64,000 nt of DNA from Baekduia sp. GTDB taxonomy: Bacteria > Actinomycetota > Thermoleophilia > Solirubrobacterales > Solirubrobacteraceae. This document shows, piece by piece, positions 21,898-29,782 of the stretch (positions within the stretch are counted from its first letter, which is position 1; each line of letters opens with the position of its first letter). The position numbers were made by a program, and so were the translations under genes. The DNA lies in NCBI GenBank assembly GCA_037045385.1, contig JBAOHN010000008.1, positions 754,481 through 818,480 of the forward strand, given 5' to 3'. Below the pieces are notes generated by a model that was given only the letters and a program-made list of their open reading frames with translations, searched no databases and was not told the DNA's origin.

Positions 21898-21969
21898 TGG
21901 GCGCGGCGGGTTTCGAACCTGCGACCTCTCGCGTGTGAAGCGAGCGCTCTCCCACTGAGCTACGCGCCC
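21898..21969 (-). tRNA. tRNA-Val: tRNA-Val (anticodon CAC)
   Basis: Folded by hand: GGGCGCG-TA-GCTC-AGTGGGA-GAGC-G-CTCGC-TTCACAC-GCGAG-AGGTC-GCAGG-TTCGAAA-CCCGC-CGCGCCC-A. There is one A-C mismatch in the T stem. CCA is not encoded. Confidence 0.85.
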
Positions 21970-21986
21970 TCAGGGTGCGGTGAAGC

Positions 21987-23633
21987 CTAGCGAGGCCCGT
22001 TGTCGCGGGCGCGGCCGGACTTCTCGGCGTACATCGCCCTGTCGGCGGCGACGAACGCCTCGTCGGCGCTGCTCGTCGCCTGCTCGATCGTGGCGACGCC
22101 GATGCTCGCCGTGACGCTGAGGTGCCTGCCGGCGGTCGCGACGCTGGTCGCCGCGATCGCGTCCCGGAGCTCGGCGGCGATCTGCTCGGCTTCCGGGCGG
22201 CTCACGTTCGCGAGCAGGACGGCGAACTCGTCGCCGCCGATCCGCGCGAGCGCGTCGCCGTCGCGGAGCCGCGCCCGTAGCCGGCCGCCGATCGCGTGTA
22301 GCAGCTTGTCGCCAGCCTGGTGCCCGGCGGTGTCGTTGACCGGCTTGAATCCGTTGAGGTCGAGGACCAGCAACGCCGCCCGCTCGTCGTAGCGTTGCGC
22401 GCGGGCAACCTGGCGGCTGAGCTCCTCGTCGAACCGGCGCCGGTTCCAGAGCCCGGTCAGCGGGTCGTGGTCGGCGAGGTGGTGCAGGGTCGCCTCGAGA
22501 CGCTTGCGGTCGGAGACGTCGGTCGTCTGCGAGACGAAATACAGCGGCCTGCCGCCGCTCGCCCGGACGAGTGCGATCGAGACGACGACCCAGATCTGCT
22601 CGCCGCGCTTGTTCCGATAGCGCTTCTCCATCGAGCATCGCTCGATCTCGCCGGCGAGCAGGCGCCCCACTGCGCGCTGCGTGCTCTCGATGTCCTCCGG
22701 GTCGGTCAGGTCGGTGAAGCCGCGCGTGAGTAGCTCCTCCTCGCTGTAGCCGGTGATCTGGCAGAGCGCCTGGTTGACACGCTGCCAGCGCCCGTCGAGC
22801 CCGACGATCGCCATCCCTCGCGGGGCCTCGTCGAACGCGACTTCGAACAGCTGCTCGGCGGTCTCGGCGGCAACGCGATCGGTGATGTCGCGCGCGACCA
22901 CGTGGAGGTCGGCGACCTCGCCGTTGGGGCCGGTACGGGGGTGGGCGACGCTCTCGACGAGGACCGTCGATCCGTCCGGCCGCCGCATTCTGTGCCGGCC
23001 GGAGAGGGTGTCGGTGCTGGCCGCGATCGCCGTCCGGGCCTCGTCTGTGTCCGGCAGGTCTTGGGGATGGAAGAGCTCGTACGCGGACCGTCCGACGAGC
23101 TCCTCGGGCTCATACCCGAGCAGCCGCCGGCACGCGGGCGAGATGTAGAGGATCGTCCCGTCGGGCGCGATCCGCGCGATCACGTCGAACGCGTCCTCGG
23201 TCAGGTACCGGTAATGCTCCTCGCGGGCCGCGAGCTCGGCCTGCGCCCGGCGCTCGGCGGTGACGTCGCGCGAGACCGCGATGCCGCCGAGGACGGCGCC
23301 GTCGTCGTCGCGCAGCGGCGAGAACTCCGTCACGAAGACGAACCGCTCGTCGGCGCTGACGACCTCGATGCTCGTCGTTTCGCCGCGGAGCGCCGACTCG
23401 TAGCGCGGTGCGTAGCGGTCGAACATGGGTGCCGGCAGGACGTCACGGATGTCGCGACCGGTGATCGTGCTGGGGTCGAATCCGCTGGCGGTGAGCGGCT
23501 TACCGGCCGCCGCGACGATCGTCAGGTCGTGGTCGAACACGACGACGGAGGTGCTCGGGAGCGACTCGAAGACGGACCAGGCCAGACGGCCGGAGGCGAT
23601 CAGGTCGGCGAGTGAGGAATGGGATACGGGCAC
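21987..23633 (-). CDS. PAS-domain diguanylate cyclase (GGDEF)
   Basis: Three PAS-like segments followed by ..RIGGDEFAVLL.. GTG start. Confidence 0.85.
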   Translation of the reverse strand: MPVSHSSLADLIASGRLAWSVFESLPSTSVVVFDHDLTIVAAAGKPLTASGFDPSTITGRDIRDVLPAPMFDRYAPRYESALRGETTSIEVVSADERFVFVTEFSPLRDDDGAVLGGIAVSRDVTAERRAQAELAAREEHYRYLTEDAFDVIARIAPDGTILYISPACRRLLGYEPEELVGRSAYELFHPQDLPDTDEARTAIAASTDTLSGRHRMRRPDGSTVLVESVAHPRTGPNGEVADLHVVARDITDRVAAETAEQLFEVAFDEAPRGMAIVGLDGRWQRVNQALCQITGYSEEELLTRGFTDLTDPEDIESTQRAVGRLLAGEIERCSMEKRYRNKRGEQIWVVVSIALVRASGGRPLYFVSQTTDVSDRKRLEATLHHLADHDPLTGLWNRRRFDEELSRQVARAQRYDERAALLVLDLNGFKPVNDTAGHQAGDKLLHAIGGRLRARLRDGDALARIGGDEFAVLLANVSRPEAEQIAAELRDAIAATSVATAGRHLSVTASIGVATIEQATSSADEAFVAADRAMYAEKSGRARDNGPR

Positions 23634-23757
23634 GCGGATTCCGGAGAAGGGACTGTGGGCTGCATCGGCGCCGGCCGGGCGGCGCTCAAGGCCGTTCTAT
23701 GACCACGCTCAGGAAAGCGCCGCTCGTTGCGGTGAATCCGGCACTAGACTCGCGCCT

Positions 23758-23865
23758 GGTTCCCGGGCGCGGCCCGTGTGACGCCGGCTCGTGAATCAGG
23801 TCAGGTCCGGAAGGAAGCAGCCTTAAGCGATTCCCGGCGGGTGCGCAGCGGTCGCGTCCGGGGCC
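23758..23865 (+). ncRNA. ffs: signal recognition particle RNA (small 4.5S type)
   Basis: The core CAGGTCAGGTCCGGAAGGAAGCAGCC (23797-23822) matches the E. coli 4.5S domain IV / GGAA tetraloop region as I recall it. The flanks pair into one long imperfect hairpin, followed by GTCTTTCTTT. Ends are approximate. Confidence 0.8.
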
Positions 23866-23938
23866 GTCTTTCTTTGCGTCCGGCCCTTGTCGCGCAGTAG
23901 GTTTCCCGCGCTCGTAAACGAACAAGGGGACGGGGAGA

Positions 23939-24556
23939 ATGAAGATGAGATCGATGCGGCGCAGGGCCGCAGCGGTTGGGTTTGCCTGTGCGATCGGAGC
24001 CGCCGCTGTGCCGGCGACGAGTTCGGCGTCGTGCCGCGCCTTCTCCAAGAAGGATCTGGTGATCGGGTGGGACACCAACATCGGCGCCTACATGCGTGGC
24101 CATGTCGATGCGGCAGCGGCGGTGTGGGACGCGAAGACGAATGTCAATTTCACCAATTCGCCTGAACTGGCCACGGTCGACGTGCGCGTGCGGATGATGG
24201 ACATCCAGGCCTGGCCGTTCTCCCAGGCGGCGAACGTCTGGGGCTTCACGACTTGGCCGTGCAACGCTGCCGGCGGGGGCAACGGGCAGTCGGTCGTCTA
24301 CCTCGACACGCAGTACGTCGCTGTCATGACCGGCGCGAAACGAGATGTCTGGGCGCGGAACCTCGCGGCACACGAGATCGGACATGCGATCGGACTCGAC
24401 CACAACCAGGCCAGCTCCGGGAAATGTGCCGACGGAACGGCGAAGCCGACGACCGTCATGTACGACCCCATCGTCAAGTACTCGAACGGCGGCATATGCG
24501 GCTTCTACGAGCCGACGACGGACGACATCAACGCCGTCAACGCGCTCTACAAGTAG
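23939..24556 (+). CDS. small secreted zinc metalloprotease, metzincin-type (HExxHxxGxxH)
   Basis: Signal peptide ..AAAVGFACAIGAAAVPATSSA, HEIGHAIGLDH, ..TTVMYDP.., C-terminus ..DDINAVNALYK. Confidence 0.8.
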   Translation: MKMRSMRRRAAAVGFACAIGAAAVPATSSASCRAFSKKDLVIGWDTNIGAYMRGHVDAAAAVWDAKTNVNFTNSPELATVDVRVRMMDIQAWPFSQAANVWGFTTWPCNAAGGGNGQSVVYLDTQYVAVMTGAKRDVWARNLAAHEIGHAIGLDHNQASSGKCADGTAKPTTVMYDPIVKYSNGGICGFYEPTTDDINAVNALYK

Positions 24557-24662
24557 CGGTCGCGCCGATCCGGGCGCAGGTCGTCGGAACGGAATGCGGT
24601 GTAAGGTGGCCCTCGCACAGGTGCTCGCAGGGGGCGACGCCGCTTCCTGACAGGGGACCACA

Positions 24663-25274
24663 ATGAGGATCAGACGCGCCGCTCAGGCGATGGCGCTCGC
24701 AACCGGCCTGGCGGCAGCGATGCCCGCCGCTTCCGGTGCTGCGGTGCCGTACAACGGTTGCAAGTGGCCGAAGCGGACGTTGACGTACGGCGTCAGCAGC
24801 AACGTGCCGGCGAACGTCAAGTGGTACATCGGCGAGGCGGCGAACGCCTGGACGAACGCGACCGTGATCAACTTCAACGTCGGCGACTGGGCGACGGCGA
24901 ACGTCAGGGTCCAGGTCGACGACATCCAGTCGGCGCGATGGGGCGTGACCAGCCCGACCGCAGGTGCCGTGACCCGCACCACGTGTCCCGGCGGCAAGAC
25001 GTCGGTCGCGGAGGTCGTGTTCGACCGCGAGTGGCTCGCGCGCAACCCGATCCAAGACGATCTCCGGCTCGGATCGGTGCACGAGTTCGGGCACTCGCTC
25101 GGCCTTGCGCACAACAACCTCGCCTCGGGCAACTGCTTCAGCAGCGCCCGGCCGGTCTCGGTCATGTCCGAGTTCCCCTCGATCCACAACGGCGTGATCT
25201 GCGGTCCGGTCTGGCCTTCGCAGACCGACATTGACGGCATCAACTCGCTGTACAACGGCACGCCCTGCTCCTGA
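24663..25274 (+). CDS. small secreted zinc metalloprotease, metzincin-type (HExxHxxGxxH)
   Basis: Signal peptide ..LATGLAAAMPAASGA, HEFGHSLGLAH, ..VSVMSEF.., ..TDIDGINSLY.. Confidence 0.8.
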   Translation: MRIRRAAQAMALATGLAAAMPAASGAAVPYNGCKWPKRTLTYGVSSNVPANVKWYIGEAANAWTNATVINFNVGDWATANVRVQVDDIQSARWGVTSPTAGAVTRTTCPGGKTSVAEVVFDREWLARNPIQDDLRLGSVHEFGHSLGLAHNNLASGNCFSSARPVSVMSEFPSIHNGVICGPVWPSQTDIDGINSLYNGTPCS

Positions 25275-25369
25275 GTCCGAGTGCGCGGGGCTGGGTTGAC
25301 GAGGTGTCAACGCCGCCCTACCCTTCAGCGACGCCGGTGGGGAGCCGGCACTCAACCCAGGGGGATTCG

Positions 25370-25981
25370 TTGTCCAGCAAGACCACGCGCGCCTGCGTCG
25401 CCGCAGCCGCTACCGCGACCGTCGTCGCCGCACTGCCCGCCGCCGCCGAGGCCGCGCCGACGCCGTCCATCGGCTGCAAGCTCGGCGGCGCGAACCAGAC
25501 CTGGAACTACAACTCCTACGGAATCGGCCGCAACATGTCGGCCGTGTACGCGGCGGCCGAGGCGGCGTCGATGTGGTCGAACGCGACCGACATCAATTTC
25601 ACGATTGCCAACTACGGCTACAAGGTCAACGTCGACATGATCGACCTCCAGGCGTGGCCGTACAGCCGGGCTGCCAACGTCGCGGGCTTGGTGCCCGGTG
25701 GCATCTGCTCGAACGGAGTCCGGCAGGGCGAGGTGGCGGTGCTCGGCGACACCGAGTACTTCAACCGCGCCAGCTACGACATGATGAAGCAGGTGATGCT
25801 GCACGAGTTCGGCCACGCGATCGGGCTCGGGCACAACGACGCGACCTCGGGCGAGTGCAGCCCCGGTGTCCCGAAGCCGGTCTCGGTGATGCACTCGCGG
25901 ATCGAGTCGCAGGTCAGCGCGACGTGCGGCCCGCTCGCCCCGGCGGCCGACGACATCACGACCGTCAACAACCTCTACTGA
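25370..25981 (+). CDS. small secreted zinc metalloprotease, metzincin-type (HExxHxxGxxH)
   Basis: HEFGHAIGLGH, ..VSVMHSR.., ..DDITTVNNLY. TTG at 25370 (after SD-like CAGGGGGA) gives a normal signal peptide. The track start is GTG at 25304. Confidence 0.75.
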   Translation: MSSKTTRACVAAAATATVVAALPAAAEAAPTPSIGCKLGGANQTWNYNSYGIGRNMSAVYAAAEAASMWSNATDINFTIANYGYKVNVDMIDLQAWPYSRAANVAGLVPGGICSNGVRQGEVAVLGDTEYFNRASYDMMKQVMLHEFGHAIGLGHNDATSGECSPGVPKPVSVMHSRIESQVSATCGPLAPAADDITTVNNLY

Positions 25982-25988
25982 GCGCGGC

Positions 25989-26034
25989 CCGCCGAGTCCC
26001 GACGGCCCCGCTCGCGGGGCCGTAGACTCGGCGG
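25989..26034 (+). terminator. two-tier GC hairpin after the protease cluster, abutting the dnaX start
   Basis: Outer stem CCGCCGAGTC/GACTCGGCGG encloses CGGCCCCG-ctcg-CGGGGCCG. No U-tract. It ends 3 nt before the dnaX GTG. Confidence 0.4.
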
Positions 26035-26037
26035 CCC

Positions 26038-27690
26038 GTGGACGCCGGACCTTCGCTCTACCGCCGCTACCGCCCGCGCACGTTCGCGGACGTCGTCGGG
26101 CAGGAGCACGTCGTCCGCACGCTGCGCAACGCCGTCGAGTCCGGGCAGGTCCATCACGCCTACCTGTTCGTCGGCTCGCGCGGGACCGGCAAGACGTCGA
26201 TGGCGAAGATGCTCGCGGCATGCCTGAACTGCGAGCGCGGGCCGACGACCGACCCGTGCGGCGAGTGCGACTCCTGCCAGGCGATCGCCGCCGCGACGTC
26301 GCTCGACGTGATCGAGATGGACGCGGCGTCCAACAACTCGGTCGATGACATCCGCGACCTGCGCGACTCGGTGCAGTTCGCGCCGGTATCGGGCCGCTCG
26401 AAGGTCTACATCCTCGACGAGGCGCACATGCTCACGCCGCAGGCGTGGAACGCGTTTCTCAAGACGCTCGAGGAGCCGCCGCCAAACACGGTCTTCGTGC
26501 TCGCCACGACCGAGGCGCACAAGATCATGGACACGGTCGTCGACCGGTGCCACCGCTTCGACTTCCACCGGCCGACGGTCGAGCAACTCGTCACGGTGGT
26601 CCGTCGCGTCGCCGAGCGCGAGCAGATCGAGATCGCTCCCGACGCGGCGATGCTGATCGCCCGTGGGGCGACCGGCTCCTACCGCGACGCGCTCGGCACG
26701 CTCGAGCAGCTCCTGACGTACGCCGGTGCGCAGATCGCCGCCGCCGATGTCGCCGCCGTACTCGGCGTCTCCGACGACGAGCTGCTGTTCGGAGCGATCG
26801 ACGCGATTGCCGGCGCCGAGGCCGCCGACTGCTGGCGCGTGGCTGCCCGTCTCGCCGAGTCCGGGCGGGACGCACGGCGGTTCATCGAGGATCTCGAGGC
26901 CCACGCGCGCGACCTGCTCGTCGTGCAGACGCTGGCGGCGGTTCCCCCGCAGCTGGCGACGACCGAGGACCGCGACAGGCGGCTGCTCGAGCAGGCGCAG
27001 CGCTCGCCGGGCACGGCGATCATCCGCCTGCTAGATCTGCTTGGCGCCGCGCTCCACCGGATCAAGGATGGCGGCGACGAGCAGACCCAGCTCGAGATCG
27101 CGCTCGTCAAGGCGGCATCGCCGCAGATCGATCCGACCACGAAGGCCCTGCTGGCGCGGATCGAGCGGCTCGAGCAGAGCGCGCCGGCGCCCGCGCCCGC
27201 GGAGGCGATGATGACGACGGAGGCGCCCGCGATGGCGCCCGAACCAGAGGTCGTCAGCGAGCCGGTCGCTGTTACTGCGGCGCGGGCAGTCCCTGCCGCG
27301 CCGGCGGCCGCACCCGATCTCGCCTTCATCGAGGAGCTCTGGCCGGCGGTCATCGACGCGATCCGCGAAGAGCATCAGCTAGTGGCCGTCAGTGTCGGTG
27401 ACGCGCGCCCGACCGCCCTGCAAGGCGGCGAGCTGACGCTGACGTTCCCACCGGACAAGGGCTTCCAGCGCCGTAAAGCCGAGTCGACCGAGGGGCGCCA
27501 GCTGATTGTGAACGCGGTCCGCAGCCTGACCGGCGCAGGCGTGAGCCTCGCGTTCACCTCCGGCGAGCTGCCCGATTCGGGTGGCGGCACGGGGGTGCTC
27601 AGCGAGGAGGACCTGGTCGACCGGCTGCGGGCCGAGTTCGACGCCGTTGACGATGCCCCTGCCGGGGGCGCCCCCGAAGGAGCCGCGTAG
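26038..27690 (+). CDS. dnaX: DNA polymerase III subunit gamma/tau
   Basis: ..YRPRTFADVVGQEHV.., Walker A GSRGTGKTS, zinc module CGECDSC, Ala/Pro-rich C-terminus. Confidence 0.95.
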   Translation: MDAGPSLYRRYRPRTFADVVGQEHVVRTLRNAVESGQVHHAYLFVGSRGTGKTSMAKMLAACLNCERGPTTDPCGECDSCQAIAAATSLDVIEMDAASNNSVDDIRDLRDSVQFAPVSGRSKVYILDEAHMLTPQAWNAFLKTLEEPPPNTVFVLATTEAHKIMDTVVDRCHRFDFHRPTVEQLVTVVRRVAEREQIEIAPDAAMLIARGATGSYRDALGTLEQLLTYAGAQIAAADVAAVLGVSDDELLFGAIDAIAGAEAADCWRVAARLAESGRDARRFIEDLEAHARDLLVVQTLAAVPPQLATTEDRDRRLLEQAQRSPGTAIIRLLDLLGAALHRIKDGGDEQTQLEIALVKAASPQIDPTTKALLARIERLEQSAPAPAPAEAMMTTEAPAMAPEPEVVSEPVAVTAARAVPAAPAAAPDLAFIEELWPAVIDAIREEHQLVAVSVGDARPTALQGGELTLTFPPDKGFQRRKAESTEGRQLIVNAVRSLTGAGVSLAFTSGELPDSGGGTGVLSEEDLVDRLRAEFDAVDDAPAGGAPEGAA

Positions 27691-28101
27691 ATGCCTCAGC
27701 CTCAGAACCTCCAGAAGATGCTCGCCCAGGCCCAGGAGATGATGGCCGCCCAGCAAGAGGCGCAGGAGCGTCTCAAGGACGAGTCGGTCGACGCGTCGGC
27801 GGGCGGTGGGATGGTCAAGGTCACGATCAGCGGCGACATGCAGATCAAGTCGCTCACGATCGACCCCGACGCGATCGATCCTGACGATCCTGAGATGCTC
27901 GAGGACCTCGTGCTCGCGGCGGTGAACGAGGGTCTGCGGCAGGCAGCGCAGCTCGCCGAGCAGGCGACGTCCGGGTCGGGCGGAGCGGACTTCGACCCGA
28001 TGGCGGCGCTCGAGTCGCTCGGGCTCGGCGGGCCTGCACCGGGCGGTGCCGGGGCGATGAACCGCGCGCAGCGCAGGGCGGCGCAGCGTAAGGGCAAGTA
28101 G
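27691..28101 (+). CDS. ybaB: YbaB/EbfC nucleoid-associated protein
   Basis: ..MLAQAQEMMAAQQEAQERL..GGMVKVTISG.. Canonical position between dnaX and recR. Confidence 0.9.
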   Translation: MPQPQNLQKMLAQAQEMMAAQQEAQERLKDESVDASAGGGMVKVTISGDMQIKSLTIDPDAIDPDDPEMLEDLVLAAVNEGLRQAAQLAEQATSGSGGADFDPMAALESLGLGGPAPGGAGAMNRAQRRAAQRKGK

Positions 28102-28104
28102 CGC

Positions 28105-28728
28105 GTGCTCGCACCTCCGGTCGAGCGCCTGATCGCCGAGCTGTCGCGTCTTCCCGGCATCGGCCAGCGGACGGCGCAGCGGCTCGCGTTCCACATCCTG
28201 CGCGCCGACGCCGAGCAGGCCGGCGCGCTCGCTGCGGCCATCGGCGAGGTCCGCGAGCGGATCGGCTTCTGCCACATCTGCTTCAACCTGGCCGAGAAGC
28301 CGGCCGACGGTTCTCCGTTGGTCTGTCCCGTATGCGCCGATGCCCGTCGCGACACGGCGGAGATCTGCGTCGTTGAGGAGTTCGGCGACGTGCTGCCGAT
28401 CGAGCGCACGCACGAGTTCCGCGGCCGCTACCACGTGCTCGGCGGCGCGCTGTCGCCGATCGACGGCGTCGACCCCGAAGACCTGCGGCTCGACGAGCTG
28501 TACGCGCGCGTGACCGGCTCAGACGGGGTCCGCGAGGTGGTCATCGCGACCAACCCGACGACGACCGGCGAGGCGACCGCGCTGCACATCGCCCGCGTCC
28601 TCGGCGAGCGGGCCCCTGATGTGGTCGTGACGCGCCTCGCCTCCGGTCTGCCCGTCGGTGGCGACCTCGAGTACGCCGACGAGCTGACCCTCGGCCGCGC
28701 CTTCCTCGGCCGCCGCACGATCTCCTGA
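28105..28728 (+). CDS. recR: recombination protein RecR
   Basis: HhH ..[14 protein letters not shown].., Cys4 CHICFNL..CPVC, Toprim region. GTG start. Confidence 0.95.
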   Translation: MLAPPVERLIAELSRLPGIGQRTAQRLAFHILRADAEQAGALAAAIGEVRERIGFCHICFNLAEKPADGSPLVCPVCADARRDTAEICVVEEFGDVLPIERTHEFRGRYHVLGGALSPIDGVDPEDLRLDELYARVTGSDGVREVVIATNPTTTGEATALHIARVLGERAPDVVVTRLASGLPVGGDLEYADELTLGRAFLGRRTIS

Positions 28729-28788
28729 GCGCCGGCGCAGCGGCGCCGCAACTGTGTCTGGAGTCGCCGCAGGCGCGGCGGTTTGCTC

Positions 28789-28835
28789 GTGCCATGCGAC
28801 TTATGCCGCTGGAGGCGGCAGAACTCACAGGGCAC
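28789..28835. repeat. 47-nt imperfect palindromic element, copy B (5' flank of the DUF559 gene)
   Basis: GTGCCATGCGACTTATGCCGCTGGAGGCGGCAGAACTCACAGGGCAC. About 36/47 identical to copy C (hand count). Confidence 0.7.
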
Positions 28836-29720
28836 GAGCAGGTGGCGCGGATCGCCTCAACGCAGGATGGCCTAATCACGACTGCTCAGCTGCGGGCTGC
28901 CACCGGCAGCCGTCACGCCCCGAGTGACTGGGCGGCACGTGGGCTGGTTCACCGGCTGCATCTCGGCGTCTACGCGGTCGGGCACACGGCGCTGACGGTG
29001 CGCGCGCACCGGCGCGCCGCGTTGCTCGCGATCGGGCGCGGGGCGGCGCTGAGCCATTGGAGTGCATCTGCGCTGCTGAACATGCAGCGCAGCGAGCCCG
29101 ACGTCGTCCATGTCGGCGTCTCGTCCGGCCGCGTCGTCTCTCGACCGGCCATCGTGGTCCACCACCTGCACTCGCTACGCCCCGGCGATGTCACCGTCGT
29201 CGATGGGGTTCGCTGCACTACGGCGGCGCGCACGCTCGTCGACCTGGCCGGCAAGAAGGAGTGCCGGAACCTCAAACGGCTCTGCGAGCAGACGGAGTTC
29301 CTCGGCCTCCTCGACCTGCCGGCGATCGCGGAGACGATCGAACGCATGAGCTACCCACACGGCTCGAGGGTTCTCCGCGAGTTGCTCGCGATCACGACGC
29401 TCGGCACCTCGAAGGCCGGCAGCAAGTTCGAGCGCCGCGTGCTCAAGGCCATCCTCGACGCTCCCCTCGGTGATCCGGTTCTCCAGCAGCCGTTCGACCT
29501 GCCCAGCATTGGCCGCATCTACGTCGACTTCTACTGGCCCGAGCACAACCTCGTCGTCGAGGCCGACGGCCCGCATCACAAGCTCCCGCTCCAGCGCGCC
29601 AAGGACATCGTGCGCGACGAGGCGCTTGCAGCGATCGGCGTCCCGGTCGTCCGCATCCCGCAGGAGGACTTCGACGCCGATCCGCGCGGCCAGATCGCCC
29701 GCATCGCATCTGCGATGTGA
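28794..29720 (+). CDS. DUF559 (Vsr-like endonuclease fold) domain protein
   Basis: C-terminus ..VDFYWPEHNLVVEADGPHHKLPLQRAKDIVRDEALAAIGVPVVRI.. typical of DUF559. The first 16 codons lie inside palindrome B, so the GTG at 28842 is an alternative start. Confidence 0.75.
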   Translation: MRLMPLEAAELTGHEQVARIASTQDGLITTAQLRAATGSRHAPSDWAARGLVHRLHLGVYAVGHTALTVRAHRRAALLAIGRGAALSHWSASALLNMQRSEPDVVHVGVSSGRVVSRPAIVVHHLHSLRPGDVTVVDGVRCTTAARTLVDLAGKKECRNLKRLCEQTEFLGLLDLPAIAETIERMSYPHGSRVLRELLAITTLGTSKAGSKFERRVLKAILDAPLGDPVLQQPFDLPSIGRIYVDFYWPEHNLVVEADGPHHKLPLQRAKDIVRDEALAAIGVPVVRIPQEDFDADPRGQIARIASAM

Positions 29721-29756
29721 CTTTCGCCGCGAGGAGCGGCAGAAGTCACAGGCCAC
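29710..29756. repeat. 47-nt imperfect palindromic element, copy C (3' flank of the DUF559 gene)
   Basis: CTGCGATGTGACTTTCGCCGCGAGGAGCGGCAGAAGTCACAGGCCAC. It contains the DUF559 stop codon (29718-29720). Confidence 0.7.
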
Positions 29757-29782
29757 GCGGGGGATACCATGGCTCGCTCCCC

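Noticed and set aside
23866-23885. GACGCAAAG on the minus strand upstream of the GGDEF gene, reminiscent of the c-di-GMP-I (GEMM) riboswitch core
   Set aside because: The preceding tetraloop hairpin and the P1/P2 architecture are missing. The segment is better explained as the T-rich tail just after the ffs hairpin on the plus strand.
25989-26034. Structured segment upstream of dnaX as the SRP RNA
   Set aside because: It is too short and lacks the GGAA tetraloop / AGCAGCC core. The real ffs core is at 23797-23822.
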